A stretch of 32,256 nt of DNA from a virus. Taxonomy: Duplodnaviria > Caudoviricetes. Positions within the stretch are counted from its first letter, which is position 1. Every line of letters begins with the position of its first letter. Positions 6,708-17,298 of the stretch are shown in pieces. The position numbers and the translations under genes were made by a program. The notes under the pieces are model-generated. The model ran no database searches and was not told where the DNA came from. It was given only the letters and a program-made list of their open reading frames with translations. Where the stretch lies: the IMG/VR virus record IMGVR_UViG_3300044628_000066, positions 1 to 32,256 of that record, one strand, 5' to 3'.

Positions 6708-9700
6708 TCACTTCTTCTTACTCTCTGCGCTCGGCACTCCGGTGATCAGTCCGCGCATGTAGTCGATTGGGTCGGTCGGCTCAACCTTCCCGCGCTCAAC
6801 ATCAACCTGGTAACTGATCGGGCGACCAAGGACGGACACCGGGATGCCTGTGACATTGGTAACAAGTGTCAACACATCGCGGACATTCCTGCCTGTCAAT
6901 TCCTTATCGTCGTCTGCAATATTGATGGCTGCTTTGACAACCCCAACGGTTGACGCTTCAAGGGAAGTAATGGATGGGCTGCTCGTAATGCGATCGTCGT
7001 ATGGCTTGTCGTTGAGCGCGGAAGTTACTGCCGTGTAAGCGGCAGACCCAAACGGAACCATTGCGGTGACAAACCGAGCCTGACTACCAAAGAACCAGTC
7101 GGCAATATCGTCAAGGTAGCCGTCATCATCGTCATCCCAACCCTGACCGAGCGAACGCGAAATAGCATCTGACACCAAGGCGGGTGCTGCAAGTCCAAGG
7201 ATGTAGATCATCATCAACTTACCCTTGTTTCCGCGCCAACCTAGATCCCTAAACACCATCACAAATTCATCGGCGTTCAAATTGGCTGTCATATTAAAGA
7301 AGCCCATGAACTGGGTCATGCTATTTATGAATGGCGTACTTACCTGAAATCTTGCAACGTCTTCAGGTGACATACCGCCCTGTGTCAATCGAACGGCTGC
7401 GTCAGCCTGTTGAATAGCCTCGGCCTGTGCCTCGCTGTCAGAAATACTGGCATCAATTTCTGACAGTACTTGGTTGTACTTTGCCGTCCAAGTAACGACG
7501 TTGACAATGTTTTGAAATGCAGTTTGCAAGAAGTAAGCGTGATGACTTACCCAATCCTTGAACCGTGCATATTTGCTTGGGTTCAATAGGAGTTGGTTCA
7601 TGCGATCCTGCATTTCAAAGATTTGACTGTGTAGGTAATCGTTCATAAACGGCGACAATGACGCAACATTTGCAGCAGTCTTCATCGGATGACGAAGGTA
7701 AGTTGACAGCGCGTTCTTTAGTTCGCCCTTGCTTACTAGTAATGCGGCTGGGAACCATCCCGTAAATTGCTGCAACGCATTTCGCACACCACCCATCATT
7801 ATTGCCATGCCAGTTCGCTTACGCAACGCGTTCCAAAATCTGTCATTGCGTTTATTGAAACCAGGCACGCTTGTTGTTTGTCGAGCAGTTCGATTGAGCC
7901 AAGGCAACAGAACATCGTCAATGGCAAACGGCTGAATTGCTGTCAAGTTGTCGGCAAATTTACCCCTGCCAATAATTTTCAAAACATCTTTGACTGCTGG
8001 CTGAATGTGCGCGAATCGCAACACGCTGTCAATGTGGCCTGCAATCAGACGAACGTCCATTGATAGTGGCTCGTTGTATTCAACACGACCCATCGTGAAC
8101 CCCATACCAGTGCTAGGCATTGCAGCGCGGAAGTCCGCTTCAAGTTCTTCCATCTTTGCTTGGCGTTGTGCATCGCGCACAATCATTGCATCTGTCTTTG
8201 CGGGTACATATCCACCTCGATATGTGCCAAAGCGATTAGTAAACGACTGTGCTTCAATCTCGTTGAAGTAGTAGCCGTACAGGTCGCGGTGCGCCTTCTG
8301 TGCAATTGGCTTAATTTCCTCAAGCAGATCCCATGTTGCTTGCAGGAACTCAAAGTCTTCCTTGGTCAATTTGCCCTCGTTGATCATGCGCTCAACAAAC
8401 GCATCCCACCTTGCGGTGTCAATGCTGTCATCGGCTGCAATGGTTGCCCAATTGCGACCAACCAACAACTTACGCAAATTGCTTTCGTTGCCCATGTGCA
8501 ACATCGCACCAAGCAACTCAGCCTTGCCGTTGCCACCGTTGCCAACACCAAAGGTGTAGTCAAGTTCATCAGACCTGATCTTGCCAACAGGCAAATCAAC
8601 CTTGTCAAGCAACTCAACATACTCCTTGACATACTTATTCTTGGCAATTTTGTACGCGGTGACTGCGTTTTTGACTGGTCGCCAAATGTACTTCGTTGCT
8701 GGGCCGACAGTACCAGGTTCTTGTGGGCCGTCAAATCTTCGCGCCCAATTCTCGACACGCTGAAGCAATGCGCCGGCAGACATCAAATCTTGAATTCGTA
8801 TTTGATTTGCAGTCAACGCTTGCTTTGATCCAAGTGCCTCTGTAGGTATTCCGATTTCTTCAGTTCTTGCAATAAATTCAGCCTGAATCTGTGCGACTGA
8901 CACCATCTTGCCGGCAATCTCCGCTTGCTTATCACGGCGAGACTGCATCCACAATGCGTCAACCACCTCGCGCATCATGCGGAACTCAGACACCGTGAGC
9001 GTTTCGTGGTTGCCACCAGCACCAACCCGTTGTGACATTTCAATGATTGGCTTAACAGCCTCGTACATCTCAGGGTTGTACGCCTGCAACTTGTCCGTGT
9101 ACGCCGACGGCAACTTGTCGTGCTTGCCTAGCCCGTAGAACGCAAGGATCGAACGCGCAGCGTCAACCAAATCCATGTTGCGATTCTTGGCGATTTTCTC
9201 GTCAGCCTTAAAGAACCGCCTAAAGTCCTTGAGTGCTTTGTCAACTTCCTCAAGCGCAGCGGTAGAAACCTTGACCAACTGGTTCTGAACTACTTGCGCC
9301 TGTTTGGCGCGAATGACCACCTGTGCCGGCTCGCGGTTTCCGTACTTTGCAGCGAACGCGTCCTGACGATCCTTGGCAGTGGTAGCAGCCTGGTCGCCCT
9401 TCTTGGTGGCTTCGGCAACGGCAGTTGCCTCGTCAACCCCAGCAGCGATCTGCTCGTTGTAGGAACGGGTGTAGGAGGTCTTACGAGCCTGTTCAGGAGT
9501 CTGACGCTGCTTGTAGGCATCGGCAGCATCTCGGGCTGCACGAGCCTCTGCGGCGGCGTAATTGCTCGGTCTGATGTTCTCAATCTTCTGTGCGTTGACA
9601 ATCGTGTTAGCAGCCAACCGCGCAGCATCGGTGATCGCACGGACAGGCTGAGTAGCACTGGCAACAAATCGAGCCTCAACACCAATGAAACGCTCGCGAG

Positions 9701-12700
9701 CCTCATTGTGCAGTGCCTTCTGTACCTGCACCTCCATCTCAGCAGGGGTGTTCATGTCCCCGTACTCGGCAAGCATGCGAGCGTCGAGCCTACTGTCAAC
9801 CTCTTCCTTGACAGGCTTGGCGGCGAGAAGCGCAAGAACCAACTCGTCACCGCTCTTGAAACCAAACATCTCGGCAACCATGTCGGGGTGCAAGCCATCT
9901 TCTGACAGCATTCCAAACTTGCCATATCCCAACTTAGACAGGTTCTCGGCAGGGATCATCGACTTGACAATCGCTAGGTTCAACTTGTACTTGTCGCTGA
10001 ACACCACCATTTCGCCGTTTGCCACTCGACCCTTGCCAGTCTTCAGGACTGACATCGCCATGTACACAGGCTCGGCTGCAACCTCCTCAGCAATGTCGTT
10101 ACGCATCTTGTCGCGGATGTCGTCGTGCTTGGCCTGCATTTCCTTGAGCAGTCGAGTACGGGCGTTTGACAGCCACTCCATCTGACGGAGACTTGCCTTG
10201 GTCAAGTCAGTCACGGACTGGTCGTGCGCTTCCTGCACCATCGCCTGGTACGCAGCCCACCGTGCATCGTCGTATCCGGACTGCTCTTGAGTCAAGAACA
10301 GCGGTGTCATGTTGTTGACAGACTCCGCGTATTTGATTTGCTTCTCAGTTGCCAACATGCGATCCATCACCCCACGAATCTCGGGTGTCAGCATCGGCAG
10401 GTCTTCGCCAAACTTCTCACGGTAGATGGCGTTAAGTTCATCGCGAATATTCTTGTAAATTGCTCGTAGCCACGCAGAGAATCGGTCGAACACACCCTGC
10501 ATCTCAACGCTCGGTGACTTGCCTTCAAACAAATAGATTTCGTGGTTGTAAGCAAACGACTCCCAATACTTGCGTTGTTCCTCAAACGTCATGGCATTCC
10601 ACGCCGCAAGGTCTTTAATGCCAAGCCAGTCAAATATGATTTGCAAGTCAGCCGTGATTTGAGGAGGCGCACCAGGCTCGTTGGCAATATTTATATATGT
10701 CACCATATAGAAATGTGCCATCTCATGCAGGTATGACGATAAATCAGCAGCCGTGTTCAGCGTAGTAATAAACGTGCTGAGATCAATCGACGCACGCGGC
10801 GGGCCGGATGGCATGGCTTGAAACAACGGTAGGCCTTGACCAACTTTTTCAATGAAAGCAGCGGTGACATCAAATGACGGCTGTGTCCCACCTTTATTGG
10901 CAAGATTGCGAATTCTTTCGTCAACATCATCACGACTTTGATCATTCAACTTGTCATAAGAATCAGCACCAAACACTTCAAATGAAATTTGATCTTGTTT
11001 TTCCTCCAACGACATTTCATTTAATTCTTGCTGCAATCCAGGCGGCATTTCCTTGGCTTGTATTTTTGTTGTTCCAAGTTTTCCCCCGCCATACTTTTTG
11101 AGCAACTTGTTCATTGCCGATGGCAACACATCGTCATAGAACTTCCGCATTCCCTCGCCACCAATTTTAATGTCTTCAGATTTGATGGTGTTAATTTGAT
11201 CCGGGAAAGCGTCGGCCTGTTGTATAAGGTCAGCCCCGCCTGATTTGCCAAACAACTCTTCAATTCTTTCGGCAGTTACAGATTCCTCTGCCTTTAACTC
11301 TTTGCCGTCTTTAATGGCTTTGTAGTTGTAAGTGCCGTCATCGTTACGGTCAATCTCAACTTCATCAACCGCTTCAGTCAAAGCATCTTTGTATCTCGTT
11401 ACGCTTTGATCTCCATCAACAAACGCAACGCGGTCATAGCCACCGTTGATTGCCTCAAGCATGACATGCTTCAATCCAAGGTTTAGCCAGCCGTCTGTGG
11501 TTTCAACAAACGGAGCGCGGGGCAATGCGCGGAGCGCAGCATTTTCTTGCTTGTCCCATTGCGCTACTCGTTCACTTAAATTTGTCCAATCAGCAAGAGA
11601 CATGTCTCCCTTGCCAGAATAAAAACGCTTTCGATCAGCGTCTGCTGCTGATTGAATTTCTGTCACCGTCATTGTTGGACGGAACCCCTTCTTCTTTCCC
11701 TCTTGTCCGTAATCACTTTGCACCTCTTCGACAAACAACACGCGCTTGCCATCAGCATCGATGCGATCATTCATGCGAAGATGCACAAGTACGTTGCTTT
11801 CGTCCCAGTGCGAAGACTGAAACGACTTTATTTCAGGCGCAATTGGAATGCGATACAAAGCGTTTGCTTCGCTGTCTCTGCGACTTTCTAACAAATATCT
11901 TTTGTCTCTCAACAAATTTATTGTTGAACGAATGTCTGCAACTTGTTCACCAGGCCAGTCAGCAATTCTGTATTCCTCAAGTTTCTTTTCAATTTCTGCA
12001 AGTTCAGGCGCGTACTTGTCAAACACAACTTGACGAGCAGCAAGGCCTTCACTTGACATTGCAGGAGCGGGAGGCGCAAACCCAACAGGCAACTTCACTA
12101 GAACTTCGCGATAGTTCTTGCCACCTGGAAGCACATATATCGAATACTTGGCTTCACCACTTTGGTACGCGTTCTCAATGTAATCATCGAGGCTAGTTCC
12201 AAACTCGTTGTCTAGTCGATCATTGATAGGAATGCGCGCTTCGGCAAGTTGGTCACGAGGCGCGTCTGCTTCTACCAATTTACGGTAGGTTTCAAACTCA
12301 TCTTTCAATTCTCTATCGGTGTTGTAAAGTTCAGTAAGTGCTGCTTGAGCATCATCAATGCCTTTCAAGACAGCCGTCTTCAACACGGGTAAACGATCAC
12401 CAAGCGTGACAGTCTCAACCTTTACCCCGTTGTTCTTCAGGAATTCGCTCACCGTTTCTTTGGTGATCTTCCCTTCCTGCATGTCAAGGTATTCAACAAG
12501 GCCGCTCCATTCAACTTCGCTTTGCTTCACAATGCCCTTGTTGACCCAGCCCTTGATCTGTTCTTTCCAACCGCTAGCAACAAGCGACTTGGCGGTGACA
12601 TCGCCTACAGCCCTGTCTAGCGCGGAGTAGGTGGTCGCAGAGACAGTAGCGGCCTGTTCAAGAATGCTTAGAGCAGTCTTACTAAACGTACCTACGTTTT

Positions 12701-15185
12701 CACCCGCTGATTTTATTTGAGTTGGAGTAAATGCAATTGCATTAAACGAGCCATCTTTGTCTCGCAAAATCACGCCGTCATATCCATCTCGAATCAATTC
12801 CGCAAATGATTTTTTGTCGTATTCATTCCACCCAGCAGGATTCTTTATGGATGCAAACAATTCCATAATGACACCACTACCAGCAGCACCAACTTCTCCA
12901 CTCTCAATTGCTGCTTTGTCAGACGCAACCCAAAACACCCCTTGCGCCCCCTTTTTCATGTTTACTTTGGTGAACTTCTTATCAGTGCCGTGGTAAACCA
13001 TTACTGGCTTGCCATCAGCGTCTACGGTCTTGCTATCTCCAAACCATTCTGTAAAGTTTTGCCACACAATTGATCCATCTGGTGCAGTGCGATCACCAAA
13101 CTTTTCTTTAGCCCATGCAACTATTTCAGGACGTTGACTTGTTTCGTCAAACGCAGTCTGTTCGCCAAGTCCCAAATCAATGCGGGAGGCTTGCTCAAGC
13201 GGTGCTGCTGGTGCTGCCTGTCCTTCGCCAACTACCTTTGAGCCATACTTGTTGTGCCAATCAAGCGGAGTCATGTTGAAACGAGCCGACATGACTGTTG
13301 CAACAGCAGATGCCACAGAAGCCATTGACCGCGATTCTGACTCCGTGTACCTGCCAGTAGCAACCAATTGAGCGGTGACGCTGTCGGCTACGGCCTGTGC
13401 GCTTTGGTCAATAGCAGCGTCAGCCTTCATCAACTCCATTGCCGATTGCTTCATCTCCTCGACAATCTGCTCACGATCTTTGACGTATTTGTTGTTCTCG
13501 GCAATTGACATGTCGTTCGGGTCAAATCGCATGTGTTCTTGCAATGCCTGACCAAACGCAAGGTCAGACAGACGGGCTGCGTATACGGATGTTGGGAAAG
13601 CAAAGTCAATACCGCTCATGCCCTTGGCATCGGCAATCGCCTTGGTCACGCCTGGCAAGATGGTTTCAAGTTGCTCGGCAGATACATTGTTCTTAGCCAT
13701 CGCCTCGCGCAACTTCTCAATGTCAATGAACAGGGTGTGATTGGCTGTTCCACGCGCCTTCTCTTCAAACCACTCTTGGTATGAGCGCGGGTTACGTCCC
13801 TTCAACTTTGATTCTGACGCATTCTTGTCGATGTCCTTAAAGAACTGGCGCGTTGCCTTTGCTTTACGGGCGCGGCGAGCATCACCGATGAAGTTTGCGC
13901 CGGGGAGGAAAGCACCCATGATTGCCATTCCCTGTCCAACTTCTATGAATGTGTCTACAAATTGCTTTGCTAGTTCGGCGCGACCTTTTTCAGACTTCCA
14001 CTTCTCCTCGTACAGTGGATCGGTTGCCAACATCGCCATCTCTTGGACATAAGTACTAACAGCATCTTGGGCAAGTTCTGTTCCTACTTCGGTTGTAACG
14101 CCAATTCCATACGACTGCAAGAATCGTTTGGTCACATCGAGCATTCCCGTTTGCTTGAGTGTGTCAATGACTTGCCCTGCAACCTCGCGCTTAATCAACT
14201 TCTTTGCTTCGCCAGTCACAAACTTGAGCGGAAGAATTTCAAGCGCAGCCATAATTGCCCCACCAATTGGTGCAGCAACAAGAGCCGTGTCTTCAGGAAT
14301 GCCATCATCAAGCATTTCAACAAATAAGTTGCCGCCTTCAATTTGAAATGACTGCACGACTCCGGCAGACATCACTCCCATTCCAGCACCAGCAACCATT
14401 CCCGGAATCATGCCAATACCACCTGTTGGCGCACCAAGCACTAGCCCACCCGCTACTGCGCCGTACAACGCCATCTCTGCTTGCTTGGGAATCGTTGACT
14501 CAATGTTGCCTTCAAGCGCACCGAAACTTTCTAAAAACCCACCACTTGCCCGAAGTTCAGCCAATTCTTGTGACTGTTGCGCTGCCTTTGCTCGCAGCGA
14601 TTCCGGAATTGGAACGCCGCTTGCCTTTGCAGCCAACATATTTATGCCAGTAAGTCCGAGTTCAGTTCCTTTGTACCCTCTTGCTCGTCCAATCAAAAAC
14701 TCTTCAATCCACGACAAGTCAGGGTTGATCTGCTCACCAGACTCGATCAGGTTTGGCAGGTCATCGTGCGCTACCGCAGCAAAGTCCTTGTTTGCCAACA
14801 TACGGGCAAGCACAGGGTCGCGCTTAAACAAGTCAAGTTGTGCCAATCGGTCTGTAGCCAAACGCTGCTCAAGCAACTGCTTGTTGCGAGCGGCAATCTC
14901 AGCACCAACCCCAGTCTCGTATCCAAGTCGTTGCGCTGCTGCTGCCTCTTCGGCGTTGCCGGCTGCGGCCTTAGACATCGACAGCATCATGGCGTTGTTT
15001 TGATTGTTAATAAGTTGGCGCGTTTGTTTTCTGATGTTGTCAGCAAAGTCACTTCCGGACGAAACAAAGTCAACCTGCTGCGCCATCGTGTTCGGAAGCG
15101 CAGTCACGCTAGAACTGTTCAGTGGATCGATGGGATTTTGTGATGGGGCGTACTTGAAACTTGGATCGGTAATATCTGTGTCCAT
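6708..15185 (-). CDS. Large internal virion (ejection) polyvalent protein
   Basis: 2825 aa at the position of the largest podovirus core protein. Contains an ART-PolyVal-like region (NFTEWFGDSK...VYHGT...GYDGVI...TQIKS), a SHW...HLR...LFVEEVQSD domain and a zincin motif YLHEMAHFY...ESFA. Confidence 0.85.
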   Translation of the reverse strand: MDTDITDPSFKYAPSQNPIDPLNSSSVTALPNTMAQQVDFVSSGSDFADNIRKQTRQLINNQNNAMMLSMSKAAAGNAEEAAAAQRLGYETGVGAEIAARNKQLLEQRLATDRLAQLDLFKRDPVLARMLANKDFAAVAHDDLPNLIESGEQINPDLSWIEEFLIGRARGYKGTELGLTGINMLAAKASGVPIPESLRAKAAQQSQELAELRASGGFLESFGALEGNIESTIPKQAEMALYGAVAGGLVLGAPTGGIGMIPGMVAGAGMGVMSAGVVQSFQIEGGNLFVEMLDDGIPEDTALVAAPIGGAIMAALEILPLKFVTGEAKKLIKREVAGQVIDTLKQTGMLDVTKRFLQSYGIGVTTEVGTELAQDAVSTYVQEMAMLATDPLYEEKWKSEKGRAELAKQFVDTFIEVGQGMAIMGAFLPGANFIGDARRARKAKATRQFFKDIDKNASESKLKGRNPRSYQEWFEEKARGTANHTLFIDIEKLREAMAKNNVSAEQLETILPGVTKAIADAKGMSGIDFAFPTSVYAARLSDLAFGQALQEHMRFDPNDMSIAENNKYVKDREQIVEEMKQSAMELMKADAAIDQSAQAVADSVTAQLVATGRYTESESRSMASVASAVATVMSARFNMTPLDWHNKYGSKVVGEGQAAPAAPLEQASRIDLGLGEQTAFDETSQRPEIVAWAKEKFGDRTAPDGSIVWQNFTEWFGDSKTVDADGKPVMVYHGTDKKFTKVNMKKGAQGVFWVASDKAAIESGEVGAAGSGVIMELFASIKNPAGWNEYDKKSFAELIRDGYDGVILRDKDGSFNAIAFTPTQIKSAGENVGTFSKTALSILEQAATVSATTYSALDRAVGDVTAKSLVASGWKEQIKGWVNKGIVKQSEVEWSGLVEYLDMQEGKITKETVSEFLKNNGVKVETVTLGDRLPVLKTAVLKGIDDAQAALTELYNTDRELKDEFETYRKLVEADAPRDQLAEARIPINDRLDNEFGTSLDDYIENAYQSGEAKYSIYVLPGGKNYREVLVKLPVGFAPPAPAMSSEGLAARQVVFDKYAPELAEIEKKLEEYRIADWPGEQVADIRSTINLLRDKRYLLESRRDSEANALYRIPIAPEIKSFQSSHWDESNVLVHLRMNDRIDADGKRVLFVEEVQSDYGQEGKKKGFRPTMTVTEIQSAADADRKRFYSGKGDMSLADWTNLSERVAQWDKQENAALRALPRAPFVETTDGWLNLGLKHVMLEAINGGYDRVAFVDGDQSVTRYKDALTEAVDEVEIDRNDDGTYNYKAIKDGKELKAEESVTAERIEELFGKSGGADLIQQADAFPDQINTIKSEDIKIGGEGMRKFYDDVLPSAMNKLLKKYGGGKLGTTKIQAKEMPPGLQQELNEMSLEEKQDQISFEVFGADSYDKLNDQSRDDVDERIRNLANKGGTQPSFDVTAAFIEKVGQGLPLFQAMPSGPPRASIDLSTFITTLNTAADLSSYLHEMAHFYMVTYINIANEPGAPPQITADLQIIFDWLGIKDLAAWNAMTFEEQRKYWESFAYNHEIYLFEGKSPSVEMQGVFDRFSAWLRAIYKNIRDELNAIYREKFGEDLPMLTPEIRGVMDRMLATEKQIKYAESVNNMTPLFLTQEQSGYDDARWAAYQAMVQEAHDQSVTDLTKASLRQMEWLSNARTRLLKEMQAKHDDIRDKMRNDIAEEVAAEPVYMAMSVLKTGKGRVANGEMVVFSDKYKLNLAIVKSMIPAENLSKLGYGKFGMLSEDGLHPDMVAEMFGFKSGDELVLALLAAKPVKEEVDSRLDARMLAEYGDMNTPAEMEVQVQKALHNEARERFIGVEARFVASATQPVRAITDAARLAANTIVNAQKIENIRPSNYAAAEARAARDAADAYKQRQTPEQARKTSYTRSYNEQIAAGVDEATAVAEATKKGDQAATTAKDRQDAFAAKYGNREPAQVVIRAKQAQVVQNQLVKVSTAALEEVDKALKDFRRFFKADEKIAKNRNMDLVDAARSILAFYGLGKHDKLPSAYTDKLQAYNPEMYEAVKPIIEMSQRVGAGGNHETLTVSEFRMMREVVDALWMQSRRDKQAEIAGKMVSVAQIQAEFIARTEEIGIPTEALGSKQALTANQIRIQDLMSAGALLQRVENWARRFDGPQEPGTVGPATKYIWRPVKNAVTAYKIAKNKYVKEYVELLDKVDLPVGKIRSDELDYTFGVGNGGNGKAELLGAMLHMGNESNLRKLLVGRNWATIAADDSIDTARWDAFVERMINEGKLTKEDFEFLQATWDLLEEIKPIAQKAHRDLYGYYFNEIEAQSFTNRFGTYRGGYVPAKTDAMIVRDAQRQAKMEELEADFRAAMPSTGMGFTMGRVEYNEPLSMDVRLIAGHIDSVLRFAHIQPAVKDVLKIIGRGKFADNLTAIQPFAIDDVLLPWLNRTARQTTSVPGFNKRNDRFWNALRKRTGMAIMMGGVRNALQQFTGWFPAALLVSKGELKNALSTYLRHPMKTAANVASLSPFMNDYLHSQIFEMQDRMNQLLLNPSKYARFKDWVSHHAYFLQTAFQNIVNVVTWTAKYNQVLSEIDASISDSEAQAEAIQQADAAVRLTQGGMSPEDVARFQVSTPFINSMTQFMGFFNMTANLNADEFVMVFRDLGWRGNKGKLMMIYILGLAAPALVSDAISRSLGQGWDDDDDGYLDDIADWFFGSQARFVTAMVPFGSAAYTAVTSALNDKPYDDRITSSPSITSLEASTVGVVKAAINIADDDKELTGRNVRDVLTLVTNVTGIPVSVLGRPISYQVDVERGKVEPTDPIDYMRGLITGVPSAESKKK

Positions 15186-17257
15186 TATTTAGTTCCTGCC
15201 TTGCCCATTGTTTCCCACTCAGTTTCAATTTGACTTTCGGTCGGATTCCTAATGCCTTTGACTAGTTGCAACCGTTCGATGACAGCGGCTCGGTTTGCAG
15301 GCGTAAGCGTCCGCATCATTCCTTGCAATTCGGAAGGTGTGTAAGCACTAATTGGCACTGGCTTTGAATCGCTTTGCCACCACCACCAACCTGGCTTATA
15401 CACGGTGTCAGCAATTGCCCTATCGATGACCAACTGCTTCTGCTCACGATCTAACTTCTTGCCGCTATCTGACTGCATTTCGTAAATCTTTTTCTCAACG
15501 GCAACACGCATTTGCAATGACTGTTCTTTTGTCAATTCAATGCCGCCAACCGCAAGTGTTGCATTGACTAGATCAGCATCCACTGTTGCTTCAATGAGTT
15601 TTCCGCTGCCAACTTGGTCAAGTAGTTTGATAAATGTCTCGTTGGTCAACTTGGACTTGTTTTCAAACACAAAGTCGCGAGTAAGAATTCTTGGGTTCTC
15701 AGCAACTTTAAGCATGACATCCATGTCGTTTGCTTTGCGCGTATATCGAAGTGCGTCAGACTGTTGGTCAGGTGTAAGAGCGGCAAACAATGCCGGCGGG
15801 ATGGCTGCGTTTGAATCTGCCACTTGCATTCGTGTGACCGCCTCAACAACGCGCTGGTTCTCTTGCGCTGCCATTGCGCGGTCTTGCGCCCAACGCTGAC
15901 TAATTTTCTGTTTAACAACGTCCCTGATTTCGCGCCGATCAATCAGCCCAGCAATAGCCAAAGCCTCTTGCTCTGTTTGCGGCCGTCGAGCAGCATCTCT
16001 GTTCATGTTTGGATTGAGGTCATTGACGTTGCGAAAATCAATTGGCTCTCCGTTACGAAGGACTCGGTACGAAACCGGGGTATCAATTCCAAATAAGCCA
16101 ATTTCTTCGCCTTTTTTTAGTCTTTGACCCTCAAACAATTGCGATTTGTCAATGCCTTCAAAGAACACTTCTGACCCGTCATTCATCCGGATTACCGTTT
16201 CTTTTCCGGTCTTGCCAATGACAATGCCGTCTGATGGGCTGACAACAGGAGTGCCAACCTCAGCAGTAATTGAAGCACCAACCGGAAGCGTTGCGTCGTC
16301 TTTGCCCGGTCGGGTGACAAGGGCGTATTCGCCACCCTTTACAGGCAACTCACTGTTGGATGTGCCAGCCTTAGTGGTGAGCGTTCCGTATAAAGAAATA
16401 GATTCAGCAAGTTCGCTTGACATCTGTCGGTCGCGGTTTGCTGACACCGATGTCAACAGGCTTTGCGCTGCGTTCTCGTCAATGTACTTTTTGTCTTTCT
16501 GTTCAACAACGTAATCAAGCGCAGCCTGGTATTCATCTTTAAGCATCAGTCGGTTGACAACACCGCCTGTGATAGCGGTAGTAACTTGGCGTTCCATCTC
16601 AAGCATTTGCTGCGAATTGACCGGGATGCCAACACTTGCTGCCCACTTTCGCGTTTGTTTAATTGCTGCCCCTGAAGCAGAATTGAATGGGCCAGTTAAA
16701 TTGCCGTATTGATCAACTTGACCGCGAAATTCGAAATTGTTTATTGCTTCACTAGTTAACGAGGTTACATATGCCTGTGACTCGTTTGCAGCGTATCGAA
16801 ATGCTTCTTTGCTCTTGTGGTCGAGCATCTGCGCTCGGTATTGAGTCATGTGGCTAGACGCCGCTTGCATGAACATCGCCTTCTGCGTGTCATTGCCAAG
16901 TCCGTCCATCACCGAGTTTGCAGACGATGACAACGCGTCTTGCGTTGCCTGGTAGTTGGTGTCAGCGTCCTTGCCGTATGCGTTGAAGTAGCCGTTCTGA
17001 CCGCGCAATACATCCTGCGCCTGCGCCTGCCATTGCGTCAAAGCCTGTTTGGCGTTGCCGTCATTCAGGTTGTCCTGCATGATCGCGCCGATGCGGTACT
17101 CCACATTGCCGGCTTGAACTAGTGCGTTGCCAAGTTCGACCGCTTGACCCGCTGCTAGGTTCTGTGCTGGCTGACCAGGCGTTGCCTCAAACGGTGCGAC
17201 ACCCGCTTGTGATGAAATGTCGGCTTGTGGCACAAACGATGTTGGGACTGTTGGCAT
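15185..17257 (-). CDS. Internal virion (ejection) protein with degenerate M23/LytM-like domain
   Basis: 690 aa, MPTVPT start, largely helical and Gln/Ala-rich. Internal segment GTPVVSPSDGIV...GQRLKKGEEIG...NGEPIDF. TAATG coupling to the giant gene. Confidence 0.8.
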   Translation of the reverse strand: MPTVPTSFVPQADISSQAGVAPFEATPGQPAQNLAAGQAVELGNALVQAGNVEYRIGAIMQDNLNDGNAKQALTQWQAQAQDVLRGQNGYFNAYGKDADTNYQATQDALSSSANSVMDGLGNDTQKAMFMQAASSHMTQYRAQMLDHKSKEAFRYAANESQAYVTSLTSEAINNFEFRGQVDQYGNLTGPFNSASGAAIKQTRKWAASVGIPVNSQQMLEMERQVTTAITGGVVNRLMLKDEYQAALDYVVEQKDKKYIDENAAQSLLTSVSANRDRQMSSELAESISLYGTLTTKAGTSNSELPVKGGEYALVTRPGKDDATLPVGASITAEVGTPVVSPSDGIVIGKTGKETVIRMNDGSEVFFEGIDKSQLFEGQRLKKGEEIGLFGIDTPVSYRVLRNGEPIDFRNVNDLNPNMNRDAARRPQTEQEALAIAGLIDRREIRDVVKQKISQRWAQDRAMAAQENQRVVEAVTRMQVADSNAAIPPALFAALTPDQQSDALRYTRKANDMDVMLKVAENPRILTRDFVFENKSKLTNETFIKLLDQVGSGKLIEATVDADLVNATLAVGGIELTKEQSLQMRVAVEKKIYEMQSDSGKKLDREQKQLVIDRAIADTVYKPGWWWWQSDSKPVPISAYTPSELQGMMRTLTPANRAAVIERLQLVKGIRNPTESQIETEWETMGKAGTK

Positions 17258-17298
17258 GGTGTTTAATCCCGTGGATTTCGACGGGTTTGCGGTTTTTA

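Noticed and set aside
17268-17285. Hairpin CCCGT-N8-ACGGG between two ejection genes
   Set aside because: Only a 5-bp core stem and no U-tract on the coding strand. It does not match the 12-mer promoter motif.
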